Source: an uncultured delta proteobacterium (GTDB taxonomy: Bacteria > Desulfobacterota > Binatia > Binatales > Binataceae). From it: 64,000 nucleotides of DNA. The DNA is taken from the NCBI GenBank assembly GCA_963808235.1, contig CAWEEQ010000004.1:3328001-3392000 (forward strand), given 5' to 3'. Shown here piece after piece: positions 1 through 9,852 of this stretch (positions within the stretch are counted from its first letter, which is position 1; each line of letters begins with the position of its first letter). Under the pieces are notes generated by a model. That model saw only the letters and a list, made by a program, of their open reading frames with translations, did no database searches and was not told where the DNA came from. A program made the translations under genes and the position numbers.

Positions 1-1172
1 ATCTGAGCGTCCTTTTGTGCGAGCTGACGGGACTGCTTCTGAACTTCGTTGAGCAGCATCGCCGGCAACACCTGGTAGGCGACCGTCTCGGCCTTGCCGT
101 CGGCATCATCGATCACGAGTTCGGGGTAAACCTTTTCGACTTCCTCGGCGATCAATCCATACTGCTGAATCCCGGTTGAGTCGGCTTTGTAGGTGAAGGT
201 CACCGGTCGCAGCTTCATCAGCTTGTCGCTGGCGTCACCCATATCGCGGATGTCGCGTTTGTAGCGCGCCGACGACTTTACGCAGCCGAGCCGGCCGGTG
301 CTTTCGACCACGACTTCACAGGCTTTGCTTATCTTGGGCGTGCCGAAGATGCCGGCGATGAAGGTGTCGGTCTGAGTGCCCTGGGTGCCGATCCGGATAG
401 CGTTGGACTCGGCCGCGACGCCCACGTTGCCGATATCGATATTGTTATCTCCGGTAGTGAGATTGCCGCCTGCGCCAAAACCAATGCCGATGTTGGAGCT
501 GCCCGTGGTGTTGGCTTCGAGGGCATTGAATCCGGAGGCGGTATTGCCGCCGCCCGTGTTGCTCGAAAAGAGGGCGCCAGCTCCCGAGGCGACATTGAAG
601 TCGCCCGTGGTGTTGCCCTTGAGGGCATTCAATCCCAAGGCGGAATTGGAGGTGCCCGAGGTGTTCGAAAAGAGGGCATTCTCTCCGGAGGCGGTATTGT
701 TGCCGCCCGTGGTGTTCAAAAAGAGGGCATAGATCCCGGCGGCGGTATTGTCGCCGCCTGCGGTGTTCGAAAAGAGGGCCTGCGCTCCGGAGGCGGTATT
801 GTTGCCGCCCGTGGTGTTCGAAAAGAGGGCTTCAAATCCGGTGGCGGTATTGAGGTTCCCCGCGTTCGCGGTGAGGACACCCACTCCGGTGGCGGTATTG
901 TCGGAGCCCGTGGTGTTCGCAGTGAGGGCCGCGTCTCCGATGGCGACATTACTGGCACCCGTGGTGTTGAACTCAAGGGCCTCAAATCCGACGGCGGTAT
1001 TAACCCTAGTGCCACTGGTGTTGTTGATTAGTGGCGCGCAGGTACCGCCAATGGTCGCGTTCACTCCGACGCACGTGTCGCTTCCCGCTTGCGCTAAAGC
1101 GACGGTCGCGCTTGCGATCACGATTAACGCAGCCGCCCCCAGATTAAGACTAAAACTCGTCACCGTTTTCAT
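1..1172 (-). CDS. Secreted tail-fibre/adhesin-like protein with 14-aa beta-roll repeats and C-terminal peptidase S74 intramolecular chaperone domain (runs off left edge)
   Basis: Manual translation (absent from the ORF track because the stop lies outside the window). ATG at 1172 with GGAGGAG RBS; signal-peptide-like MKTVTSFSLNLGAAALIVIASATVALAQA; repeats NTTGxxNTAxGxxAL; S74 motif SSARYKRDIRDM...LRPVTFTYK...YGLIAEEVEKVYPELV. Confidence 0.85.
   Translation of the reverse strand, partial: MKTVTSFSLNLGAAALIVIASATVALAQAGSDTCVGVNATIGGTCAPLINNTSGTRVNTAVGFEALEFNTTGASNVAIGDAALTANTTGSDNTATGVGVLTANAGNLNTATGFEALFSNTTGGNNTASGAQALFSNTAGGDNTAAGIYALFLNTTGGNNTASGENALFSNTSGTSNSALGLNALKGNTTGDFNVASGAGALFSSNTGGGNTASGFNALEANTTGSSNIGIGFGAGGNLTTGDNNIDIGNVGVAAESNAIRIGTQGTQTDTFIAGIFGTPKISKACEVVVESTGRLGCVKSSARYKRDIRDMGDASDKLMKLRPVTFTYKADSTGIQQYGLIAEEVEKVYPELVIDDADGKAETVAYQVLPAMLLNEVQKQSRQLAQKDAQ
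440..1010 (-). repeat. Coding tandem repeats, about 42 bp (14 aa) period, within the S74 protein
   Basis: Recurrent + strand motifs ggcggtatt, cccgtggtgtt and aaagagggc at about 42-bp spacing. Confidence 0.85.
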
Positions 1173-1498
1173 CGATTTCTCCTCCGTGTATGTAATCCGG
1201 GGATTTTCCGTTTTGAACCCTCAGCCGCTACCAATAGGGACAGTCCACCCGTAGGGCAAGGTGCCGGTCGGTGGTCCCGACTCAGCGGTTGCCTTTCCTT
1301 TTCCGCTAGTCGCCGATCGCAAATCTCAAGACCGCTTCCGCTCGCGCTCGATGACGATCTCCCAGTGCAGCGGGCACAGCTCGATCTGTCGAACGTGGCA
1401 ACCGGTCGCGCTTGTCGATCGGCACTTAAGGCAGCGCTATGTAGGTGAAAAACGCTTTGTAGAGAAAATGCCGCGAATGGTCCCGCACAATATCTTTC

Positions 1499-1540
1499 GC
1501 CTTAACTAGCGCAGCGTGGTGCCTTAACTAGCGCAACGTG
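1499..1540. repeat. 20-bp direct repeat x2 (1 mismatch, 22-bp period)
   Basis: gccttaactagcgcagcgtg (1499-1518) and gccttaactagcgcaacgtg (1521-1540). Confidence 0.85.
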
Positions 1541-1610
1541 AAGAGCTTGAAGATCTCGCCATTGATGACGATGGATCGAGTGGTGCAGATGCGATCGAGC
1601 ATTGCGACCG

Positions 1611-2228
1611 TCAGCACTTCGCGACGACTCCAGGTTTGCCGCGTAAGCCCTCGAACAGTCTTGCGACTACTCCGCTGACTTCGCGGCGGGCTGCGACTTC
1701 GTCGTCGGCGTGCGCGATCAGCATCGCGGCTTCGTTCAGCGCGCCCATGATTATGTGCGCGAGCGGGTCAACGGGTTGCGATTCGACCAGGCCCTGCTCG
1801 ATCGCCACCTGAATCGCCGCTTTGGTGCTCGCCAGATAGTAACTCTGATCGCTTTCTCGCCATTGCTCGAGTCCCAGCACCGACGGAGCATCGATCAGCA
1901 CAATCTGCTGGACGGCGTGATCGAGGCACGCATCGAGGAACGCGTTGGCGGCCGCCACCATCGCACTCCACGGGTCGGGCTGCGACGCGCCCGCCTCGGC
2001 GGCCTTTGCCGCAAGCTTTTTCTGCTCCTCGTCGAGCACCGCCATGAAGAGATCCCGCTTGTCGCGAAAGTGATGGTACAGAGCGCCGCGGGTAACGCGC
2101 GCCTGGCGCACGACCTCCTCGGTTGAGGTTGCGGCGTATCCCTTGGCTGCGAACATGCGCCGCGCGACGCGCATCAGCGCGGCGCGAGTGGCGGCGGAGT
2201 GTTCGGCCTGGCGGCTCTTGACTGGCAT
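1611..2228 (-). CDS. TetR/AcrR family transcriptional regulator
   Basis: N-terminal HTH: FAAKGYAATSTEEVVRQARVTRGALYHHFRDK. Confidence 0.95.
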   Translation of the reverse strand: MPVKSRQAEHSAATRAALMRVARRMFAAKGYAATSTEEVVRQARVTRGALYHHFRDKRDLFMAVLDEEQKKLAAKAAEAGASQPDPWSAMVAAANAFLDACLDHAVQQIVLIDAPSVLGLEQWRESDQSYYLASTKAAIQVAIEQGLVESQPVDPLAHIIMGALNEAAMLIAHADDEVAARREVSGVVARLFEGLRGKPGVVAKC

Positions 2229-2241
2229 ACGGTTAGTTTGT

Positions 2242-2260
2242 TACATACACGCTGTATGTA
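2242..2260. promoter_or_regulatory. Probable TetR operator (8-3-8 palindrome)
   Basis: TACATACA-cgc-TGTATGTA perfect inverted repeat between the divergent tetR and hydrolase genes. Confidence 0.75.
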
Positions 2261-2337
2261 TGCCGATGGAAGCATCGCAACCGTCGGTGGAGACCGAGCT
2301 TAGCCAACATTTCCTGAATTCCGCAAGGAGAAACACC

Positions 2338-3201
2338 ATGAATCCCAGTGAGTTCCACGCTGCCCGCAAATTCGCCGCCACCCCATCCGGAAAGATCGCG
2401 TACTTCGAGCGCGGGAGTGGGCCCGTCGCGCTCCTGCTCCACGCCTTTCCACTTTGCGGCTTCCAGTGGCGCGACGTGATTGAAGATCTCGCGCCGATCC
2501 GCAGATGCATCGCGCCCGACCTGATGGGCCTCGGCTACAGCGAGCCCGCCGCCGGCGCCGACGTCTCGTTCACCGCGCAGGCTGGGATGCTCGCGCGACT
2601 GCTTGACTCTCTCGATATCGACAAGGTCGATTTAGCCGGCAACGACACCGGCGGCGGGATCAGCCAGGTCTTCGCCGCAAGCTATCCCGATCGTGTACGC
2701 ACCCTGACGCTCACCAACTGCGAGGTCAACGACTTGTGGCCGACCCCGATGCTCGAACCGATCTTCGCGGCGCTCGCCGGAGGAATGGCCGGACAGATGA
2801 TGACCTCGATGGCATCGAACGTCGCCGTCGCGCGCGAGCAGTTCGCGCCGGTTTACGAACGGGTGGATTGGCTGACGGCCGAGATCGCGCAAGCCTACTT
2901 CGAACCTCTCGCGGCAACCGACGCGCGCGCAGAAATGTTGCGTGGCTTTGGCGCGGCGCTCAAAAACCGCGATCAAATGGTTGCTCTCGCGCCCAAGTTG
3001 CGCGAATCGAAAATCCCGGCGCAAGTGATATGGGGCGAAGGCGATACAGCGTTCGACACGAGCGGCTCGCTGAAATGGTTGCGCAAAAATCTGGGCAGCG
3101 TGCGCCGTATCGTCACCGTGCCGCGCGCGAAGCTGCTCTTCCCGGAAGAGCATCCACGCCTGGTCAGCACGATGCTTCGCGAGTTCTGGGAGACTAACTG
3201 A
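2338..3201 (+). CDS. Alpha/beta hydrolase, haloalkane dehalogenase/epoxide hydrolase-like
   Basis: AGGAG RBS before ATG 2338; LLHAFP, APDLMGLGYS, nucleophile elbow GNDTGG. Confidence 0.88.
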   Translation: MNPSEFHAARKFAATPSGKIAYFERGSGPVALLLHAFPLCGFQWRDVIEDLAPIRRCIAPDLMGLGYSEPAAGADVSFTAQAGMLARLLDSLDIDKVDLAGNDTGGGISQVFAASYPDRVRTLTLTNCEVNDLWPTPMLEPIFAALAGGMAGQMMTSMASNVAVAREQFAPVYERVDWLTAEIAQAYFEPLAATDARAEMLRGFGAALKNRDQMVALAPKLRESKIPAQVIWGEGDTAFDTSGSLKWLRKNLGSVRRIVTVPRAKLLFPEEHPRLVSTMLREFWETN

Positions 3202-3267
3202 CTTCGAAGGCAGCTGCCTCCGCCCCTGACCCAGTTCTAAGAGCGAAGCCCGCATCTTTTCATGGCA

Positions 3268-3330
3268 CTTGGTGCAGGGGTCACCCCTGCCCAAGGAAGC
3301 CGTGAAAAATGAAACCCACGGCGGGTTTCA
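3268..3330. other. Two intergenic hairpins (terminator or REP-like)
   Basis: cttgg(t)gcagggg-tca-cccctgcccaag and tgaaaccc-acggc-gggtttca. Confidence 0.45.
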
Positions 3331-3425
3331 CGTTAGATTAAGTGACTCCCCTACCGCGCGCGATCACGACTTAGCGCCTTTCAACAGTTTGCGCTTCCAC
3401 GCTCGGGTCGCGAATAATCGCCGCC

Positions 3426-5055
3426 ATGGAATATGACTTGATCGTTCGAAACGGCGTCGTCGTTGACGGTTCCGGCGCGGCAGCGCTTTCGCGCCGACGT
3501 CGGAATTAAGGATCGGAAAATTGCGGCGCTGATTTCGCCCGCTGACGCCGCGAGCGCTTCCGCAATGCGCGAGATCGACGCGAGCGGTCTCGCAGTCGCG
3601 CCCGGCTTTATCGATTTGCATTCGCATTCCGACTGGGTCGCGCCGATTTCCGACCACGGCGAAATTCTGAAACCATTTCTGCGCCAGGGAGTGACGACCT
3701 TCGTCGGCGGCAACTGTGGCTTTTCAGTCGCGCCGGTGCGACGCGAGCGTCAGCGGATGCTCGACGAATCGGGGCGTCTATGCGCCGAGCGCAATTTCGA
3801 CTGGGGATGGGACGACGTTGCGGGCTTTGGCACGTTTCTGCGCCGCCAGGGCCTCGCACTCAACGTCGCTCATCTGGCGGGGCACGGCAGTATCAGGCTC
3901 AGTGTGATGGGCGCCGATGCGGGCGAACCGTCGCCCGAACAACTCCGCGAGATGCAGGCGATGGTTGAGCGGGCGATGACTGACGGCGCGGTCGGACTCT
4001 CGACCGGTCTCGGTTATTTTCCCGGGATGATCGCGAAGCCCGCGGAGCTGGCGGCGCTGGCGCGAGTGGCTGCGGCCGCGGGCGGCGTGCTGACCTCTCA
4101 TCTGCGCGCATACTCGGTGCGCTCGTTGTTTTTCGACAGCCAGATTCCGCACAACATTCTCGCGATTCGGGAGATGGCCAACGTCGCGCGCGAGGCCGGC
4201 GTGCCGCTGCAAGTCTCGCATCTGATCTTCGTCGGGCGGCGCACCTGGACGACTGTCGACGACACGCTGGCCGAAGTCGAGCGCCATCGCAACGACGGCG
4301 TCGATATCGCGTTCGACACGTTTCCATACACATGCGGCAACACGACGATCCGCGTTATCTTTCCCGCGTGGGCGCAGACCGGACTCGAAGGTTTGCTCGA
4401 CTCGTCGGACGGATGGGCGAAATTGCACGACGGATTTCGTCCGCTCGGTCCCTTTATCGCCGAATCGATCCAACTGATGTGGGCGGTCAAGCCCGAGCTC
4501 AGTCATCTCGAGGGCAAATTCTTCGGCCAGATCGCCGACGAGCTGAAGCTCGATCCGATCGATGCTTACCTGACGGTCGCGCGCGAAAGCGGGACGCGCG
4601 CCCGGGTGTTGATTCATCTCTACAGCGGCGACGACTTCGGCGACGAAGATGCGCTCCAGGCCGCGATGAAGCATCCGCTCAACTTGTTTGAGATGGACAC
4701 GATTCTGACTTCGCACGGGCATCATAACCCGGCGAGCTTCGGCACCTATCCGCGAATCCTCGGCCACTACGTGCGCGACTTGAAACTGCTGACGCTCGAA
4801 GATGCGGTCCACAAGGCAACCGGGATGGCTGCGCAGCGCATGCGCCTGGGCGGTCGCGGCCTTATCCGCGCCGGCTACGCGGCCGACCTGGTAATCTTCA
4901 ATCCCGAGACAATCGGATGCGCCGCCGACGCATTGACGCCGACGCTCGATCCAGTAGGAATCGAGCACGTAATGGTAAATGGAACCGCGGTGGTAACAAA
5001 CCGCAAATGGTGCGGCGACGGCGTAATGGCAGGCGAGTGGATTGCCCGCAGCTAG
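3426..5055 (+). CDS. N-acyl-D-amino-acid deacylase (amidohydrolase); one apparent +1 insertion near 3480
   Basis: MEYDLIVRNGVVVDGSG from ATG 3426 joins the RFRADVGI frame after an extra G; APGFIDLHSHSD, GVTTFVGGNCG. Confidence 0.88.
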
Positions 5056-5137
5056 CCAATTCTCGCGCCCGAGTTTGCTGATGCGTGAACGTCCAGCGCA
5101 TAGTAAATTCGACCGCCGAGCGTCTGATCATGACATC

Positions 5138-6490
5138 GTGACCGGAAACCGCCTTCGCGGGCTGGCTCTCGCCGCCTTCGGATGTCTGGCGATCCTGTCC
5201 GGTCACGCCGATGCGCAGCGACTGCACCGCAAAGCACTCGTCGTTAGCCGGAAACCCGTCAAGGCCGGCGACAGCGTCGATACCAGCACGCTTACCGGGA
5301 AGCTGATCATGGGCTACCAGGGCTGGTTCAACTGCCCGGGCGACGGCACCTCGGTCGGCTGGTGGCACTGGTTTACGGGACCTGACCCTACAGTGGATAT
5401 GCTACCCAATGCCGCCGACTATCCGGCGGCGGAGCGGTGCGTCACCACCATGCTCGATGCCAATGGGCAGCCGGTCGATCTGTTCAGCGATGCAAACCCG
5501 GCAACGGTGGAGACGCAATTCGCCTGGATGCAGCAATACGGGCTGGACGGCGTCGCCCTGCAGCGCTTCGCTGTAGACCTGTTGGACGCACCCACGCGCG
5601 AGGCTCGCAACATCGTCTTGGCCAATGTCCGTCAGGCGGCGGAGGACAATGGCCGGGTGTTCTTCGTCATGTACGACCTCACCGGCATGACGTCCTCCAA
5701 CCTGCATTCCGTGGCGCAGGACTGGAAAAAGCTCGAACTCGAGGGAATTACGAGCAGCCCGGCATATTTGCACCATCGCGGCCACCCGCTGCTCGCGCTG
5801 TGGGGCCTCGGCTTCGCGGGCCGGCCGCTGACACCAGGCAGTGCAGAGAACTTGCTCAATGCGCTCGACAAGGTGAGCAAGCCGCACGGGGGTTTGACCG
5901 TGATGGGCGGGGTGCCGTCCTATTGGCGGATAGGGCGGTTCGATGCCTCGCCGGACCCCAAGTGGCAAAAGGTCTGGCGCCGGCTCGGAGTGCTGAGTCC
6001 CTGGTCGGTCGGGCGTTTCTCCGACGATGCCTCTGCGGATAACTATAGCGCCACCGTCTGGGCGCCTGATCTGGTTGCCACGCATGCGCTCGGCGTGGAC
6101 TACATGCCGGTGGTGTTTCCCGGCTACTCGTTCGCCAATACCGAGCGAGCCCAAGGCTCGCCGTTTCCGATCAGCAATCAAATTCCGCGCCAATGCGGCA
6201 ACTTCTACTGGCGGCAGGTGTACGACGCACTGGGGTTGGGAGTGACGATGCTCTACGGCGCGATGTTCGACGAAGTCAACGAGGGCACCGCCATGTTCAA
6301 GATGTTGCCCAATGCCGCAGAGGTGCCGGTGATGGGTATCCCGCCCGGGTACTCGTTCGTCACACTGGATGCCGACGGCTGCTCACTGCCGAGCGACTTT
6401 TATCTGAGCCTCGCCGGTGCGGCCGCGGCGGCGCTGCGCGCCGGCACTCCTCCCTCCCCGAGCTCGCCGCTGACTCTGCCGTCTAATTGA
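5138..6490 (+). CDS. Secreted glycoside hydrolase, GH71/99-like
   Basis: Signal peptide ending HADA; GYQGWF, WMQQYGLDGVALQRF, YGAMFDEVNEGTAMFK. GTG start chosen; start uncertain. Confidence 0.8.
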   Translation: MTGNRLRGLALAAFGCLAILSGHADAQRLHRKALVVSRKPVKAGDSVDTSTLTGKLIMGYQGWFNCPGDGTSVGWWHWFTGPDPTVDMLPNAADYPAAERCVTTMLDANGQPVDLFSDANPATVETQFAWMQQYGLDGVALQRFAVDLLDAPTREARNIVLANVRQAAEDNGRVFFVMYDLTGMTSSNLHSVAQDWKKLELEGITSSPAYLHHRGHPLLALWGLGFAGRPLTPGSAENLLNALDKVSKPHGGLTVMGGVPSYWRIGRFDASPDPKWQKVWRRLGVLSPWSVGRFSDDASADNYSATVWAPDLVATHALGVDYMPVVFPGYSFANTERAQGSPFPISNQIPRQCGNFYWRQVYDALGLGVTMLYGAMFDEVNEGTAMFKMLPNAAEVPVMGIPPGYSFVTLDADGCSLPSDFYLSLAGAAAAALRAGTPPSPSSPLTLPSN

Positions 6491-6548
6491 TCGCGTATAT
6501 GCCCCGCTAGTTTGGCGCCCTCGTCCCACTCCGCGGCGAAAAATCAGA

Positions 6549-6578
6549 ACGGCCGCGCGGAGATTTCCGCGCGGCCGT
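6549..6578. terminator. Bidirectional intrinsic terminator hairpin
   Basis: acggccgcgcgga-gatt-tccgcgcggccgt between convergent genes. Confidence 0.75.
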
Positions 6579-6600
6579 CTGAAGTCGGATCGATGGGCTG

Positions 6601-7392
6601 CTAGCGTTCCGAGTCCTGGATCTCTTTGTCCATTTGGCGAAGGTGGCTGAGCTTCTGATCGGTCGGCTGGAGTTGTTCCTTGCTCGAATCGGCGGCGACC
6701 TTTTTCACCCGCTCGGTCGGCATCTCACCGTCGATTTTCTGCAGCGCCTCCTTGGCAAGCCGCTGCACCATCGGGCTCTGATCTTCCGCGATAACCTTGT
6801 TCAATAGCGGCACGGCGCTATCGCTTCCGATCTCGCCGAGCGCGAAGACCGCGGTCCCGCGTCCGCGCTCATCCTGATCTTCGCCCAGGTATTGCATCAC
6901 GGACAGCGCGCCTTGAGCGTCACCGATTCTGCCGACGGCGGCGACCAGGTGCAGCTTGACGATCGGTTCGGTCGAGCGGAGGAACAACATCCGCGACATC
7001 GTCGGCACCGCAACGTTGGCCTCGCGCGCGCCCAGGATATCGATCGCTTTTATCTTGACCCGCACGTCGGGGTCGGACATCGAGGTTATCAGGATCGGGT
7101 TTACTTCAGGATCCTGCAGGTTGCGCAGTTTGATCAGCTCGGAGACGCGCACGCTGGGGTCCGCATCTTTAAGCCCGAGTTTCACGTCTTTGATAATCTT
7201 GAAAGGCGTCTCCTGCATTGCGCGCGAGGTCAGGTCGTCGACCCCGGGCTTCACGCTGCCCTGATGCGACAAAGCATCGCCGTTGAGCGCGCTGCCGAGT
7301 CCCTGGCCGCCGTATTGAGCAGCCGCCAGATGTGGCACAGCAAGGGCGACGCCGAACGCGAAGGTCGCGAACAAAATTCGGTTCTTGATCAT
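6601..7392 (-). CDS. Exported HEAT-repeat protein
   Basis: Signal peptide MIKNRILFATFAFGVALAVPHLAAAQ; HEAT-like units LKDADPSVR, MSDPDVRVK, AVFALGEIG. Confidence 0.8.
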   Translation of the reverse strand: MIKNRILFATFAFGVALAVPHLAAAQYGGQGLGSALNGDALSHQGSVKPGVDDLTSRAMQETPFKIIKDVKLGLKDADPSVRVSELIKLRNLQDPEVNPILITSMSDPDVRVKIKAIDILGAREANVAVPTMSRMLFLRSTEPIVKLHLVAAVGRIGDAQGALSVMQYLGEDQDERGRGTAVFALGEIGSDSAVPLLNKVIAEDQSPMVQRLAKEALQKIDGEMPTERVKKVAADSSKEQLQPTDQKLSHLRQMDKEIQDSER

Positions 7393-7432
7393 TTCCCCCG
7401 ACCTCGGTAATGGGCCAGAATTATTCGCGATC

Positions 7433-8500
7433 ATGAATGACATTGCAAGGAAGGGGGCAGCGCCGGGTCGGCTGCGATTTGCCCATCCCAGCGCGCGGGC
7501 ATGCGCTGCGCTCTGCATTTCAGCGCTGATCGCGACCGCGACGATGGCGCCAGCGCCCAGTAATGCTGGCCCGGATTCAGCCTCTGACGCGCCGGCCGCG
7601 CATCCGCATAAGCATCGTCACAAGCCTACTCCCACGCCGACGCCGATGGCGCTGCCGCCCGAGGTCAAGGCCAAGGTTCCGGTTTACAAGCCTGGGCCGG
7701 TGCCGTTTCACGACGGCGAGCAGCTTACCTATCAGGCGAGCTGGCTCGGGATCCCCGCCGCGGAGGCGCGCGTAACGTTCCACAAGAACTTAAAGGATCC
7801 GCGCAGAGTCGCGGCGCGCAAAGATCCGTCGCGCGACGACCCGTCGCCTTCCGACTCGCCGACTCGCCACAGTCTCGATGGGTCGCCGAAGTATGGGTCC
7901 AGACCACGCCGTACGCCGACGTGTTCTACAAGATGCGCGATCACCTGCGCGAGAACGTCGCCGCGGACACGTTGCACTCCGGCTGGATTCACGTCGATCA
8001 ACACGAGAATTCTCGCCTCGACACCTACGATGTGACCTTCGATCGTCCCGCGCAAATGGCCACGGTAAAGAAGACCAGCAAGCACGGGGTCCAGACCAAG
8101 CAGTTCATCGCGTCGGATCCGTTTGGGCCGCTGTCGGGCTCGATGATGGCGCTCAGCCTCGACTTGACACCGGGAAAGACTTACGCCTTCGACGTATTCG
8201 GCGGCAGCCAGCGCTACGTTTTTTCCTTCGATGTGCAGGCGCGCGAACGCATCCACACCGTGCTCGGTGACTTCGACGCTTTACGGATCGTCCCCGATGT
8301 CTGGTACGTGAGCGACGGTCAGTTACGCAGCCAGGCACATGGAACGATGCTCTGGGTGTCGGCAGACAAGCGGCATCTGCCGTTAAGAATTCAGTCGCAG
8401 GCATTCATCGGTGCGGTGTACGCGGATTTGATCAAGGTCGAAGATGACGGAAGGCCCGGAGGCTGGCGATCGACCGGCCGGCGATTCGAAATCGCAGTAG
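7433..8500 (+). CDS. DUF3108-like exported protein (frame disrupted at about 7802-7872 and 8450)
   Basis: PFHDGEQLTYQASWLGIPAAEA and LWVSADKRHLPLRIQSQAFIGAVYADL are typical of this family; the two ORF pieces join if a garbled segment of about 71 bp is removed; probable stop TAG 8498-8500. Confidence 0.65.
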
Positions 8501-8572
8501 CACGGCGCTGGCAAAATCGCGCCGCGCTCTGTCATTCTCGACCTAGCTACTCCGAACGGGGGAAATCCCGCG

Positions 8573-9170
8573 ATGCCGAAGAAGCTCGAATTTTTCTACG
8601 ACTGCTCCAGCCCGTGGACGTACCTGGCGTTCACCAAGATTCGAAGACGTTGCGACGCGCCACGATGCGGAACTGATCTGGCGGCCGATCCTGGTCGGCG
8701 GGTTGTTCAACACGGTCAATCCGTCGGTTTACGAGAGCCGCGCCAAGCCGGTCCCGGTCAAGGCAAAGTATTACGTCAAAGACCTGCGCGACTGGGCCCA
8801 GTTCTACGGCCTCAAGATTGGCAACCCGAGCGTGTTCCCGGTGAACTCGGTCAAGGCGATGCGCGGCGCATTGGTCGCCGACGAGCATCGGATTATCGCG
8901 CCGTACTCGCTGCGCGTGTTCGAGAGCTACTGGGGCGACGATCGCGATATCAGCAAGGACGAGGTGCTAAGAGAGATCGTGCGCGAAGTCGGACTCGACG
9001 AAAAAGAGTTTTTCACAAAAATTAATTCCGACGAGTACAAATCGCGGTTGCGCGAGAACACCGAGGAGTTGATTGCGCGCGGCGGATTCGGATCGCCCAC
9101 GATGTTCGTCGATGGCGCAATGTTTTTTGGCAACGATCGGCTGCCCCTGGTCGAGCACGCACTGCGCTGA
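8573..9170 (+). CDS. 2-hydroxychromene-2-carboxylate isomerase / DsbA (GST kappa) family; +1 insertion near 8640
   Basis: LEFFYDCSSPWTYLA ... WRPILVGG ... GGFGSPTMFV...FFGNDRL. Confidence 0.88.
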
Positions 9171-9193
9171 TTTTTCAGGAAGCGACTGGTTCG

Positions 9194-9829
9194 ATGGTTC
9201 ACTGGACGGAAAACCGCCCCCGCGAGCATTCCCACGAAAACTTTCCGCCGCACGATTTGAAGCCGGTGCGGGCATTCGTCGCGATCAGGATGAACGAACA
9301 GGTCGAGGATGCGGTCGCCGCGATGAGCGACGCGATCAAGCGGCCTCGCGACGGTATCCGATGGGTTCCGCGCGCAAACCTGCATATCACGCTCAAGTTC
9401 CTCGGTCCGAGTGTGGACCCGCATCGACTCGAGCGGTTCACGGCAGGGTTGCATGAAGTCGCGATGAAGACCGCCCCGTTCGAGGTCGCGGCACGCGGCC
9501 TGGGCGCGTTTCCAAGCCTAGAGCATCCGCGCGCCGTCTTCGTCGGCCTGCATAGCGTTGAGCTCGGGGCGCTGGCCGCGCGCGTAGAGGCGGCGGCTGC
9601 CGGGTATGGCTTTGAGCACGAGAATCGGCACTGGCGTGGGCATCTGACCATCGGGCGCATCCGCGCGGAACATCGCCTCAACGCCAAGACACGAGCGGCT
9701 CTGGAAGCTGCGAAGGACACCGAGTTCGGCAGTTCGAAGATCGAATCGATCACGCTCTATCGCAGTCATCTCGCGGCCGAAGGGTCGAGTTACGAGGCGC
9801 TCGCGACTTTTCTGTTTCATCATCGCTGA
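9194..9829 (+). CDS. thpR: RNA 2',3'-cyclic phosphodiesterase (2H family)
   Basis: Two HxT motifs (HITLKFLG, HLTIGR); RAFVAI; lies directly upstream of recA. Confidence 0.92.
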   Translation: MVHWTENRPREHSHENFPPHDLKPVRAFVAIRMNEQVEDAVAAMSDAIKRPRDGIRWVPRANLHITLKFLGPSVDPHRLERFTAGLHEVAMKTAPFEVAARGLGAFPSLEHPRAVFVGLHSVELGALAARVEAAAAGYGFEHENRHWRGHLTIGRIRAEHRLNAKTRAALEAAKDTEFGSSKIESITLYRSHLAAEGSSYEALATFLFHHR

Positions 9830-9852
9830 GGACAGGTCCGGGACAGCCGTCG

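Noticed and set aside
440-1010. 42-bp periodic repeats as a possible array
   Set aside because: They encode the 14-aa repeats of the S74 protein.
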